This document shows positions 24,061 to 36,699 of a DNA stretch of 48,440 nt, piece by piece. A program made the position numbers and the translations under genes. Source of the stretch: Octopus bimaculoides. Its lineage: Eukaryota. Within the stretch, counting starts at the first letter, position 1. The number at the start of each line of letters is the position of its first letter. The notes under the pieces were generated by a model. It was not told the DNA's origin and ran no database searches. It worked only from the letters and a program-made list of their open reading frames with translations. The stretch is from NCBI RefSeq assembly GCF_001194135.2, contig NC_068986.1, forward strand, positions 62,213,498 through 62,261,937, written 5' to 3'.

Positions 24061-24912
24061 NNNNNNNNNNNNNNNNNNNNNNNNNNNNNNNNNNNNNNNN
24101 NNNNNNNNNNNNNNNNNNNNNNNNNNNNNNNNNNNNNNNNNNNNNNNNNNNNNNNNNNNNNNNNNNNNNNNNNNNNNNNNNNNNNNNNNNNNNNNNNNNN
24201 NNNNNNNNNNNNNNNNNNNNNNNNNNNNNNNNNNNNNNNNNNNNNNNNNNNNNNNNNNNNNNNNNNNNNNNNNNNNNNNNNNNNNNNNNNNNNNNNNNNN
24301 NNNNNNNNNNNNNNNNNNNNNNNNNNNNNNNNNNNNNNNNNNNNNNNNNNNNNNNNNNNNNNNNNNNNNNNNNNNNNNNNNNNNNNNNNNNNNNNNNNNN
24401 NNNNNNNNNNNNNNNNNNNNNNNNNNNNNNNNNNNNNNNNNNNNNNNNNNNNNNNNNNNNNNNNNNNNNNNNNNNNNNNNNNNNNNNNNNNNNNNNNNNN
24501 NNNNNNNNNNNNNNNNNNNNNNNNNNNNNNNNNNNNNNNNNNNNNNNNNNNNNNNNNNNNNNNNNNNNNNNNNNNNNNNNNNNNNNNNNNNNNNNNNNNN
24601 NNNNNNNNNNNNNNNNNNNNNNNNNNNNNNNNNNNNNNNNNNNNNNNNNNNNNNNNNNNNNNNNNNNNNNNNNNNNNNNNNNNNNNNNNNNNNNNNNNNN
24701 NNNNNNNNNNNNNNNNNNNNNNNNNNNNNNNNNNNNNNNNNNNNNNNNNNNNNNNNNNNNNNNNNNNNNNNNNNNNNNNNNNNNNNNNNNNNNNNNNNNN
24801 NNNNNNNNNNNNNNNNNNNNNNNNNNNNNNNNNNNNNNNNNNNNNNNNNNNNNNNNNNNNNNNNNNNNNNNNNNNNNNNNNNNNNNNNNNNNNNNNNNNN
24901 NNNNNNNNNNNN
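24061..24912. other. Assembly gap (852 N)
   Basis: Run of N. Confidence 1.
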
Positions 24913-26210
24913 AGAAAAGGCATAGGTAGAAACTCTATAAGATGCACCCAGTGCAAGCTATGGACACATAAGAGGTGCAGCAATATCAAAGGAAGGTTAA
25001 CTAAGAAGTTAGTTTTTGTATGTAGCAGATGTTCAGAAGCTATAAACACTGTAAATGTGCAGAAAACAACTTCTGCCACATTCCAGGGAGAAAAACTAGA
25101 CGTAGTTGATAGCTTCCGCTATCTAGGTGACCAAGTTAGTAATGGGGGAGGGTGTGCTGAAAGTGTAGCTACTAGAATAAGAATAGCCTGGGCAAAGTTC
25201 AGAGAGCTCTTACTTCTGCTGGTGACAAAGGGCCTCTCAATCAGAGTAAAAGGCAGACTATGTCGCATGTGTACGAACAGTCATGCTTCATGGCAGTGAA
25301 ATATGGGCTGTGACTGCTGAGGACATGCATAGGCTTGCAAGGAATGAAGTCAGTATGCTCTGATGGATGTGTGATGTCAGTGTGCATACTAGACACAGTA
25401 TTAGTACCTTGAGAGAAAAGTTGAACTTATGAAGCATCAGTTGTGGTGTGCAAGAGAGACAATTGCACTGGTATGGTCATATAGCGAGAATGGATGAGGA
25501 TAGCTGTGTGAAAAAGTACCACACCCTAGCAGTTGAGGGAACCTGTGGAAGAGGTAGGCCCAGGAAGACCTGGGATAAGGTGGTGAGGCATGACCTTCGA
25601 ACATTGGGCCTCACCGAGGCGATGACTCCTGACCGAGACCTCTGGAAATATGCTGTGCGTGAGAAGACCCGGCAAGCCAAGTGAGACTTAAATCTAAGGC
25701 CTCAGCCAGTTCACTTATGTGTACCTTCCTTCATTGGACACTAAACTCCACTTGCAAAGACTTGTTGAGGCAAGTGAAATCGAAATCGAGTTAAATTCGA
25801 TGACTGGCACCCATGTCAACGTCGTCTCCTTCATTGGACATGAAACTCAGCTTGCAAAGACTTATTGGGGCAAGCAAAAGCGAAATCGTGATGGCACCTG
25901 TGCCCAGCGTAGCCTTTCTGGCACTTGTGCCCGCGGCATGTGTAAGGACTTTCGAGCAAGATCGTTGCCAGTGCCGCTGGACTGGCTAATAAAATATAGC
26001 ATTTTGAGCGTGGCTGTTGCCAGTGGCACGTAAAAGCACCCACTACACTCTCTGAGTGGTTGGCATTAGGAAGGGCATCCAGCTGTAGAAACTCTGCCAA
26101 ATCAGATTGGAGCCTGGTGTAGCCATCTGGTTTCACCAGTCCTCAGTCAAATCGTCTAACCCATGCTAGCATGGAAAGTGGACGTTAAACAACGATGATG
26201 ATGATGATGA
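24913..26210 (+). mobile_element. RTE-clade LINE 3' part with 3' UTR and (GAT)n tail
   Basis: VDSFRYLGDQV...RIRIAWAKFREL, LHWYGHIARM and GRGRPRKTWDKVV...DRDLWKYAV; UTR ends CCATGCTAGCATGG...GATGATGATGATGA. Confidence 0.88.
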
Positions 26211-27324
26211 TAACCCCAGGGGAGCATTCTGCATGCTAAATATACAAAAGTAGGATCACACATATGTAATATAGTCGCTCTCTCTAGGGATGTTTAAAAT
26301 ATAAAAACATCAAGTAATAGAGATGATAGAAGTATCAACCAACGAAGGTTTTTGATAAATAAACTTGAGTCAGATAGAAATGAATCTTGTCTCTAAAAGC
26401 CAAGACATGTTTTGATCTTCTTAAATCTCATCAGTGAAGTGTATTCTGCTCAATTGGTAATGCATAAAAGTGATCAATATATATATGGAAATAGAAGGTA
26501 TCTCAAGAACATGTTCTGTGTACTAAATACACAGCTAATGAGATCTAATATGATAGAAACATGTTTATCACTACCATCAGTTGGTTTTAAAGATAAGATC
26601 AACTCTTACCTACATTGCTTTTATTTTCTAAAAACTTGTTTGATAATCAAAGGAATTAAACTATATAGAATACATATTTTTATCAGCCTCAAGGGTTGAA
26701 ACGTAATGTTGATCATACTGGGTAAAATGAATTGTATCCAGGTTAGCAGTTCTTAATCTTTTTGATTTCACCCAGAGAACAAAAAAAAAAAAAAGGTGAA
26801 ACGTTTAAAAGAAATTTCGTTAAAGTAAAAAAAGAAAATATGGAAAACTCTTGCTTGCTATATTTCTATATTTTTATTAATTACTCTTATGTATAAACAA
26901 AATTGTGAATGCCATGTTTTTCAAGATGTTCAATTTTTTTAAAGTTTAAATTATATTTTCAAAAATCTGTAGTGCACTTGTATGCTCCTTGTAGTGTACC
27001 AATGAACAACTGATCTAGTGTGTCCACCTGATAGGAGTAGACCCCTCACAGGTTGAATCATGCATTTTAAGGTAATGGAACATTAGTTATTTACACTTGT
27101 TAGCTTCACTACTGCATGGACATAGCCATTAGAAAGCCAGTTATGGATACTATGTTGTTGGTAGTTTCGCATCTATCTTATCAGCTTGGTCAACTAATTC
27201 TGAAAAGAAGAATTTTGTCACTTTTAATAGATTGTTGGGTCATCATTGAAGATTTTGTCTGCATTTAATGTTGAAAGAAAGTCAGCTTGTGATCTATCTC
27301 TTTCCCCTCGTGCTATTGGCTGCA

Positions 27325-27475
27325 GTTGTTGTTTAGCCCTAGTAGAGCTATGATCAAAAGGCATTCCAGCTGTGAACATCTTGTCTTTTTGTATATTAAG
27401 GACTACATTATCCAATGCATTCTTTGTTTAAGATGGTTCAGTGTGATTTGGGGCATTATTATTGCTATTTTTTGC
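27325..27475 (+). repeat. Dispersed repeat family copy (others at about 28570-28775 and 37700-37840)
   Basis: Shared blocks GTTTAGC..., ATGATCAAA(A)GGCATTCCAG and CAATGCAT...AAGATGG...TGTGATTTG; family not named. Confidence 0.55.
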
Positions 27476-28899
27476 AAGCCAAATCACTGAGAACAGGCTA
27501 CTGCATAAAATTTCTCAGTTAAGAATTGAACCCGTTTTAATCACCAGGTGCTTAGCATTACAATTTGATATTAGTATGCTTAATAATATAAATTATAATT
27601 CATTCACTCTCTTTTCAATGGCACATAATTTCCCAGACTATGTGGGAATATCTTACTACTCCTCATTGTCCTAAAAAAAAACTCGAAAAAACTGCAATTA
27701 AATTGAGGAAACTATATTTAATCAGTCTGTTTCTTTAGCAATGAATTATGCCTGTTGGTTAGCTGGGTTTTTTTTTATATCCCACTTTGTTACTACCATG
27801 AAATACCATGTGGCTGAAATGAAGTGAGTAAATATCTGAGAGACACTGCTTCCTTGAGATAAGAGATAAATTTCTTTCTGAATAAGATGCCTGACCAGAG
27901 CTGTTGAACCATTTGATGTTGGAAGACTGCATTAAAGTTAATTTGCTATCTAATAAGATCATATTAACTCACAATTATACCCTAATTATTTTGCAAAATT
28001 TAATTATTCATAAACATTCTAACAAAATGTGAAATTTTACAAGTTAACCTAGTAGTTGGCAAAATGTGTAGAAAATATAGGGTTCAGAGGACCCTTTAGT
28101 TTTGGCTTGTCTCTTGAATGCTGTTGCTGTGAAAAAATTTACTCTGTAAAGTGTTTAGTGAGAGAAAGACCATTCAATCATATAAACCAAGCCAAAATGA
28201 CATGTTTGAGTATCATTCAATGAGAGTAGTGGCTCTGAATAAGAACTGACTTGAACTGTGATGATCTGTCCAACTCATACCAGCATGGTGATAATAACCC
28301 AGAATTTTTAAAAAGCAAATTTTTTTTTTGTGTCATGGCAAAGCATGTTTAAATTTTAAAAGTTTCCATAGACATCTCTAACTACATGTACTAGGCTACT
28401 TCTCTGAAAGTAATTACAAGTGTAGGTAAAAAAATACAAAAGGGTGTTTTAGAATTCACAATTACTTGAAAAGATAAAATTAAACTAACAAAAATATGTT
28501 CCTGTATATTGATTTTCCTGCAAACATGTTTCTTTTGGAAGGCCACATGTTCTTTAGTACTGTGCAAGACATATATTTGTTGTTTAGCTCCAGGTTAACT
28601 GTGATCATAGTAAACTTATAATTGAAAACATTCCAGTTGTCACCATCACTTTGTTTTTAGACATAGTGCATCCAATGCATCCTCATTTTTTTAAGATGGC
28701 AGGATGTGATTTGAGAGAGATTTGGCTGCTATATCTAGCAGATTGAACGACCATGTAGAGGCTCTTTCACTGACTTGAAGCAACTATTTGAATGAAACTT
28801 TTAAAGAGCTGATTGGAACATAGGTCAGTTGCTTCTGATAAGTAGGTGAAAACTTGTACAAAAGACTGATTCATTGAAAGAATTTGAATTCTCAGCCCC

Positions 28900-31460
28900 C
28901 TCCTGTTTATCTTAGTCCTCCAAGCCTTAAAAGAGGAATTGAAGACCAGCTGTTCTTGGGAGCTCCTCTATGCTGATGACCTTGTTCTTGTAGCTGAATC
29001 ACTACCTGATCTAGAGAAGAAATTTCAGGTGTGGTCGCAAGGCTTGGAATCTCAGGTCCTTAGAGCTAATTTAGCAAAAATCAAAATCCTAGTAAGTAGG
29101 AAAACAGATAAATCACAAGTCCCTTCTGGGAGATGGCCCTGTTTGATATGTAAGAAGGTCGTTAGTAGAAACTCCATACATTGTACCCACTACAAGCTTT
29201 GAACACATAAGATGTAACGGTATCACAGGAAGGTTAATGGAGAATATAGTCTTTGTGTGTGACAAATGTGCAGGTACAATAAGTACTAAAAATGCCCAGA
29301 TGATAGGTTCCCTCAATGCTTGGGATGATCATTAGAAGTAGTAGTTAGCTTCTGTTACCTAGGAAACCGAGTTAGCAGTGGTGGAGGAAGTTCTGAAAGT
29401 TAGTTGCTAGGATAAGAATGGGCTGGGCAAAGTTCAGAGAGCTTCTACCTTCGTTGGTAACTAAAAGCCTCGGCAGATTGTATGATGCCTGTATGCAAAC
29501 AGCCATGCTACACAGCAGTGAAACATGGGCTTTGACAACAAAGGACTTGTGAGGCTTGAAAGAAATAAAGCTAGAATGCTCTGCTGGATGGGTAATGTCA
29601 GTGTACATGCACAACAGAGTGTAAATAATCTAAGAAGAAAACTGGGTATAAGAGGCATCGGATGTGTGCAAGAGATGACTGCACTGGTATGGTCATGTAA
29701 TGCATATGGATAAAGACAGCTGCGTAAAGAAGTGCTGAGCTTTAATTATGGAGGGTATCTATGGAAGGGGATGACTCAGGAAGATGTAGGATAAAGTGGT
29801 GAGGAATGATTTTCAGATGCTGAGCCTCACTGAGGAAATGACAAGGGACTGGGAGATGTGGTGATATGCTGTATTTGATAAAGCATGTCAAGCTAAGTAT
29901 TAGGTTGTCAAGAAAGTTCTTGCAGAATTTTTAATTTTGGTTTTAAACGATGTATTTTCAAATTAATTTTCGTTAAATTACTTTGACTTTATATATCATT
30001 TTAAAGCCTGTTTTTCGCTCTATCTAACCATGGTACTCTTTTTCTATTGGAATAATTAGGCCATTTTTTCTGGAACGTTGAATACAACATAGACAAAAAG
30101 CAAATTCGCACAATTTTCTTATTTCAGTTCAAGCTAGGCCGAAACTGCTGAAACAGCTCGTGATATCAACAATGCTCAAGTACCACGAATGAATGTACAG
30201 CACGATGGTGGTTCAAGAAATTTTGTAGCAGTGATGAGTCTTGAAGACGATAAGCATAATGGTCGGCCATCGGATGTTGACAATGATCAACTAAGAGCCT
30301 TAGTTGAAGCCAATCCACGCACAACTGTTTGAGAGCTTGCTTCTGAATTAGATATAACATATATGACAATTTCCAACCACTTGAAAGAGATTGGAAGAAC
30401 AAAAATAATTGAGAAATAGATGCCGCACGAATTGAACAACAACCAAAAAAAATGCCATTTTGAAGTGTCATCTTCCTTTCTTTTACGCAACAAGAACGAC
30501 CCGTTTATTGACCGGATTGTGATTTGCAATGAAAAGTGGATTCTTTATGACAACTGGCAACGCTCAGCTCAGTGGTTGGATGCCAATGAAGCTCTACGGC
30601 ATTTCCTGAAGCCAAAGTTGCATCAAAAGAAGGTCATGGTGACTTTGAGGGTTTGTGGCTGGTCTCATCCATCACATCTTTTTGGATCCAGGTGAAACTA
30701 TTACGGCGGAGAGGTACTTTCAGCAAATGCATGAAATGCATAAGAAACTCCGACAACAACAGCCAGTATTAGTCAATAGAAAAAGACCAACTCTTCTGCA
30801 CGTCAAACAACTGACCTTGCAGAAGTTGAACGAATTGGGCTACAAAACTCTGCCTCATCCGCCATACTCACTAGACCTCTCGCCTACCAACTTTTTCAAG
30901 CATCTCGACAACTTGTTGTGTGAGAAATGCTTCAAAAACCCAGACGATGCCAAACATGACTTCATCGCCACCAGAATGCAGGATTTTTATACTACTGGCA
31001 TAAATAAACTTGTTTCGCATTGGCAAAAGTGTGTTGATTCTGATGCTGTTTATTTCGATTAATAAAGTTTTGTTTGAGCCAAGATATGTGCATCTGAATT
31101 TAATGGTTAAAAACCGCAAGAACTTTCTTGACAACCTAATAAAATCACTGTCTTCCACACACACAGGCTTGTCTTTCCAGGTGCTGGTGCTACTTGAAAA
31201 GCACCCATGTCAGTGCTGCATAAATGCACGTGTGCTAGTGCTGCGTAAATGCACCTGTGCCAGTGGCATATAAAAAGCACTCAACACACTCTGTTAAGTG
31301 GTTGGCATTAGGAAGGCCATCCAGCCATAGAAACCATGCCACAACAGACAATTAGAGTCTGGACAGCTCCCTGCTAGCCAGCTCCCTGCTAGCCAGCTCC
31401 ATCTCAAACTGTTCAACCCATGCCAGCATGGATAGCAGATGTTAAATGATGATGATTATG
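28900..31460 (+). mobile_element. RTE-clade LINE 3' part, split by a mariner insertion
   Basis: WELLYADDLVLVAES RT motif and C-terminal remnants to about 29897; the 3' UTR resumes at 31142 and ends with CCATGCCAGCATGG and (GAT)n. Confidence 0.85.
29900..31139 (+). mobile_element. Mariner (cecropia/Hsmar1-like), both TIRs present, decayed
   Basis: TA|TTAGGTTGTCAAGAAAGTTCTTGC...GCAAGAACTTTCTTGACAACCTAA|TA. Encodes PHEL...FEVSSS...DRIVICNEKWILYDN...LHQKKVMVT and HPPYSLDLSPT...WQKCVD. Confidence 0.93.
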
Positions 31461-32214
31461 TATTTGTGATCTGACTAAGTGAATTGATGCAACCTGGTAC
31501 TGAGATAAATTGGGACAATGTAGAATAAAATGCAGCAAATACTTTCACTTATCTAGAATTCAGCTTTAAAACTAAGTTGGTGCCATACAAGGTGTTCTTA
31601 TTGTCAGCGAATATTGAACTACTCTGTAATAGCATGTACAACTATGATAAACAGGAGGTGGATGAGAGCTGAACCTTGATGGTCACCTACCTGCTCACTA
31701 AGTTTCTCACTGAATTTGTTGCCACTTCTCAGCTTTCTGACAACCTTATACTTACATGGCTGCAGGCTTTCACAAGCCTTTCACCTGTGCCACGGTTTCC
31801 TTAGTGACTACCTCACTACAGAGTGCAGTAGCATGCCAGAGGCATAGTCCAGGCTAAATAGTGCTAGATATAGTGGTTTGCTCTTAGCTAAGAATTTCTG
31901 TAGTTGCCTCACTAAGAAGAGGAAATTGGTGATAACCCATCATGTCACAAACCTGAACTACAACTAACTTAACTTAATTCACTTCCTAATTAGCTATGCT
32001 TTAACTCTTTATGCTACTTTCCTAATTTGGTCATCAGTTTGATACTTCTGTAGTCGCTCCTTTTCAGAGCATCTTTGTTCTTGAGGCAATTGCTACTACT
32101 ATACAAGTTATTTGGAATAAAATTTCGCTGACTGAGTATGCAAGTGACTAGTGCATGTCCTACTTGACTAGATATTTACAAAAGAAAAATATTTATTACC
32201 TTAAAATTAATACA

Positions 32215-32910
32215 TGTGTGAGGCAACAGAGAATTATACCAGGTAGCTGAAGGAGAAGCAGGGTAACAAGTTTGCATAGCAAAAGGAGGAGCAGAAAGTA
32301 GATTTGCCAGTGTTCTACAGTATGAGGATCAGAGGCACAAGGTGTTCTGGATTACAAGACATTTTATCAAAGAGAATAAAGATGTGGGTAAGAAGTTTGT
32401 GCAGATGGATAATGATATGCTCGCACTTACTGATTCTGAAAAGAAAGCAGTATGGAAATGCTACTCTGAAAGGTATTAAATGTAGAAAATGATTGGTCTT
32501 CCCAATGTAGACCCAACAGAGAGCTATCCTAGTTGACAGCAGTATGATAGATAAGGCAGTTAAGGATATGAAGACAGGAAGGCCTCTGGTCCATCAAGAA
32601 ATATTGCTGATTTGGCCTAGGATTCAGCCTAATCAGGTTGTACAGGAAGAAGTAATACCTAATGACTCTACTATTTTAAATGTGAAAAAAACACATTGAA
32701 TAAGGTAGTGTTAGACATACTCTGAATGGGAGGTCATTGCTGCATTAAATCATGAAAGTTATGGGGAGAGTTATAACGTAATTGGTTAGGAATAGAGTAG
32801 ATGAGATGCAGTTTGGTTTTGTGCCGGGAAATAGTACTTCTGATGTCATCTTCCTAGTTTGACAACTGCAAAAGTATTTACCTAAAAGCCATCATACTTG
32901 ATATTTGTCA
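32215..32910 (+). mobile_element. RTE-clade LINE ORF2 fragment (linker to RT start)
   Basis: AKGGAESRFASVLQYEDQRHKVF...ENKDV and DEMQFGFVPGNSTSDVIFLV. Confidence 0.7.
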
Positions 32911-32914
32911 AACT

Positions 32915-33640
32915 ATGGCGCCAATTGTCTGTTTTAACATGGTTTCTATGGTGGGATGCCCTTCCTAATGCCAACCACTTTACAGAGTATGCTGGGTGCT
33001 TTTTAGGTGCCATGAGTGTGTTTTATGTGACACCAACATGAGTGCATTTTATGTGGTACTGGCTTGAGTGCATTTTATATGGCACCGGCATCCTAAGTAC
33101 AAAAACCTCTCAGCTGACAGAAGGATTGGGGGCATGACTATAAGGGACATGCCAGTTTGTATTGATGGCTACGATTTTACTTAGCTTGACATGTCTTCTC
33201 AAGTACAGCAAATTTCCATAATCCTGGTCCTTTGTGAGGCTCAGGTGTTTGAAGATCCTTTCTCATCACTTTCTTCCATATCTTGGGTCTATCCTTTCCA
33301 CAATTAGAGATTGGCACTTCTTTATGTAGCTGTCTTCATTCATGCGCATTACATGACCATACCAGCACAATCTTCTCTCTTGCACACAACATCTGATCCC
33401 TTTTATACACAGTTTTCCTCTTAAATCATTTATACTCAGTCATATATGCACACTGACATTACCCATCCAGCAGAGCATGTTGGTTTCATTTCTTCCAAGC
33501 CTTTGCATGTCCTCTGTAGTCATGGCCCATATTTGACTGCTGTGCAGCATAGCTGTACGCACACAAGCATCATACAATCTGCCTTTTATTCTCAGTGAAA
33601 GGCCCTTTGTTACCAACAAAGCTCTCTAAACTTTGCCCAT
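32915..33640 (-). mobile_element. RTE-clade LINE 3' end with 3' UTR
   Basis: Reverse-complement similarity to the other RTE C-termini; UTR block GGATGCCCTTCCTAATGCCAACCAC. Confidence 0.78.
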
Positions 33641-33699
33641 GTATGTATGTAAATATATATGTATGCATGTGTATATGTGTGTGTGTATGTATATAAATA

Positions 33700-34505
33700 T
33701 TGGGTCATCCTATAAATGTTTTTTTTTATACTTTTACTTTTTAAAATTAAGATAAAATTCTTTTTTAATCTAAAATATACACTCCTTCATTTTCTACAAT
33801 GCTCTTCCATCTATCTGGTAGACTTGCAAGGCCCCTCTTCCAAAATTCACTTGTCCATGATGAAAAGTATTCCTCCAGTACTGTTCTGACCTCATCTACA
33901 GAATTCATATTTTTCCGTCCAAATGATTTTGAAGACTGCGAAATAAATGATAATCAGATGAAGCAATGCCTGGTAAATATGGTGTGTGGGACATCGTTAC
34001 CCATTCAAACTGTTCCAGCCTTTGGAATGTCACCCTTGCTGTATGAGGCTCAGCATTATCCTGATGGAAGAACACCTTTTGTCTTGAAACCAAAGATATT
34101 TGATTTTCTTCTAGCGCTGACTTAAGCCGCTCAAGCTGCTTGCAGTAGATCTCCTTTGTTATCGTTTGGTTTGAATTTAAAAGTTCAAAGTGGACTAAAC
34201 CTTTCATATCCCACCAAACAGATAACACCTTACGTGGGTGAAGACCTTCTTTAGCCAGGGCTGCCAGTGTTTCTCCTTTCTTTACCCACTGTCTTTGGTA
34301 ATTGATATTTTTATAGAGAATCCATTTCTCATCAACAGTCGCTATTTGGTCCAAAAAAGGTTAATTCGTGGGATGTGACAGCAAAAAAGAGCACATATTC
34401 ACTCTCTGTGCATGATTAGACTCAGAAAATTAGTGAGGAATCCACTGACCCAATTTGCTGACTTTTCTGATGGCACGCAGGTATCAATGAATGGTTGAAC
34501 GACCA
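33700..34505 (-). mobile_element. Mariner, truncated at the transposase 5' side
   Basis: ORF 33905-34354: TVDEKWILY...LHPRKVLSVWWD...HQDNAEPH...YLPGIASSDYHLFRSLQNHL. One TIR (TA|TTGGGTCATCC) at 33700. Confidence 0.85.
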
Positions 34506-34921
34506 AATCCAAGCTTTATAAACAAATACTATGTTGTATAAAAATAAAAGTTTAAAAAAATTCTAGAAAGGGATATCATAACCAAGTTAGCTAAGAGAAT
34601 ATATAGATCGATTTAAACATTAAAAAGAAGATTACTATTATGTAGAATCAACTTAATACCTCATCTTATGTTTTCTTGGATCTCATTGTAGCATATTAAA
34701 TTTCATCGGTACCAATAAAACTAAAGTCACCCAATGAACTAATATGAACCCTATTAATAGCAAAAAAACTGCCCGTGAACCCACATGAACCCTACGATAA
34801 TAATACCAATTGGACAGACGAAAGCAACACGAAAGTGAAACATAACTATGGATATAACCAAGATACATACTAATGTCATACTAATATATACTTTTGTTAT
34901 TTACACCACCTGTCCTCGTCT

Positions 34922-35021
34922 NNNNNNNNNNNNNNNNNNNNNNNNNNNNNNNNNNNNNNNNNNNNNNNNNNNNNNNNNNNNNNNNNNNNNNNNNNNNNNN
35001 NNNNNNNNNNNNNNNNNNNNN
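34922..35021. other. Assembly gap (100 N)
   Basis: Run of N. Confidence 1.
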
Positions 35022-35050
35022 ATATATGTATATATATGCCTTTGCTGCCT

Positions 35051-36045
35051 TAATAATAGTAATAATAATCCTTTCTACTATAGACACAAGGCCTGAAATT
35101 TGTTGGGTGGGGGCTTGTCAATTACATCAACTCTAGTGTTCAACTGGTATGTATTTTATTAACCTTGAAAGGATGAAAGGCTAAGTTGACCTCAGTGGAT
35201 TTTAAACTCAGAATGTAAAGAGAGAAGCAATGCTGCTCAGCATTTTGCTTGGTGCAATAATCATTCTCTCATCTTGCCACCTTAATAATAATAAGGTTTC
35301 AAACTTTGATGAAAGGCCAGATATTGTAGGGGGTGGAGGTATGTAGATTACATTTTATTAACCCCAGAAGGATGAGTGGCAAAATTGACTTTGGCAGAAT
35401 TTGAACCCAGAACATAAAGAGCTAGAAGAATTGTAGCTAAGCATTTTCCTGTGCCACCTTAAACAGTAACAATAATAATGATGATGATTCTTCACATAGA
35501 ACATGGCTACAAATTTTAAGATCACCCCCAGAGTTTGACTAGGACTTATTTTATTTCAGAAGAATGAAAAGCAAAATATCCCTTGGTGGGATTTGAGCTC
35601 AGGATGTAAAACAACTAAATACTGTGAAGCATTTCAGCTGATGTTCTGCCAAATCTACTAATTGATCTCCTTAATAATAGTAAAAGTAATAATCCAGGTA
35701 AGGAATATAGATATATAAATATAGGAACCAGTGTTGCAATGTACCAAAACACTTGTAAGTCAGTTCAAAGCATTCACCTGTAAATAAGTAACAGGAAAGT
35801 ACAGCTTTCTGCAGGTAACAGGAACTCCATGTATTTGGTTTGTAACACAGACATATTGGACACAAATTTAAGGGAGGATATTGTTGGTTAAATTTACTCC
35901 ATTGTTTGACTGGTACCTTTTTTTTTATCAACCATGGAAAGATGAAATGTAGAGATGACCTCAATAGGATTTGAACTTAAAATATAATGGGACATAACTG
36001 AAAACTGCAATACACTGTCTGATGCTCTAATGATTCTGCCATGTA
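35051..36045 (-). mobile_element. Stack of about 4 tRNA-type SINEs with (ATT)n tails
   Basis: Repeating units at about 35051-35283, 35284-35460, 35461-35672 and 35760-36045, each with GGATGAAAGGC...GATTTGAACTCAG (B-box-like GAGTTCAAA on the minus strand), separated by AAT runs. Confidence 0.75.
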
Positions 36046-36180
36046 ATTGATTCTTGTTGTTATTTTGCAGTGTCAAATTCATATTCTTGGATGGTCTCTA
36101 TTTAAAAAAGAATGCACTTTGTCAAAATTAATCTCATTACACTACTAGAAAAAAGTTTTTAATGTTGTAATGTTTGAATG

Positions 36181-36425
36181 TCTATCATTTGTTTTTTTAT
36201 TTGTCCTCCTCTAATTTTCTTAATTTCATTTTCTCTTGATTCCAGCATCTTTAAATTCTATCTTTTTCTCTCTCTTATTCTCTCTCCTACTCCTTTTTCG
36301 TTTTTTCATTTTGGTCTTTCTCATTCTGTCTTTCTCAATTTCAGTCTCTTTCATTCTGTATATCCTTCTTTCTCTTCAGTCTTTCTTTGTCTTATATTAA
36401 CTTTTCTTTGTCTCTCTTTTTCTCA
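36181..36425 (+). repeat. Long T/C-rich low-complexity tract upstream of exon 2
   Basis: About 245 nt dominated by T and C. Confidence 0.8.
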
Positions 36426-36540
36426 AGATAGTAAAGTATTTTTCTTTTATTTAAGATGTACATACTTATATCAACAAGATTTCACAAACCTCCTCATGAT
36501 TCAGCCTTCTCCATAATTACTTTCCTTTTTATCCGTCTAG

Positions 36541-36578
36541 GCCTTTTCTCCTGGCATCCTACACTAATGGCTGTGTCT
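36541..36578 (+). CDS. CYB561D2: CYB561D2-like coding exon 2 (38-nt micro-exon)
   Basis: Acceptor CTAG ending at 36540 and donor GTGAGT at 36579. Phase-1 join gives A+GC=Ser, then LFSWHPTLMAVS, with the first heme His in the family motif LFSWHP. Restores the frame between exons 1 and 3. Confidence 0.92.
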
Positions 36579-36699
36579 GTGAGTATTTTCTTCTACTATT
36601 TTAATCAGCTTGTAAGTTAGGGTCACTTCTGATGTCTTCTTATTGTTTTCAGAAAAGGGAACATTGTCAGAATTGATATTAAAGACACTTAACTGATGT

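Noticed and set aside
23964-25079. 321-aa and 343-aa ORFs
   Set aside because: Artefacts of reading through the N gap; the same applies to ORFs spanning 4132-4231 and 34922-35021.
26212-26697. piggyBac-like MITE (TAACCC...GGGTTGA)
   Set aside because: Only about 5 bp of terminal complementarity and no intact TTAA on either side.
27224-27415. 63-aa ORF as a LINE or gene fragment
   Set aside because: Overlaps the antisense strand of a dispersed non-coding repeat; no recognisable motif.
34505-34921. Possible Penelope terminal repeat next to the gap
   Set aside because: No hammerhead core or coding motif found; cannot be classified by eye.
36178-36516. 112-aa F/S/L-rich ORF as a transmembrane exon
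   Set aside because: Translation of the pyrimidine tract.
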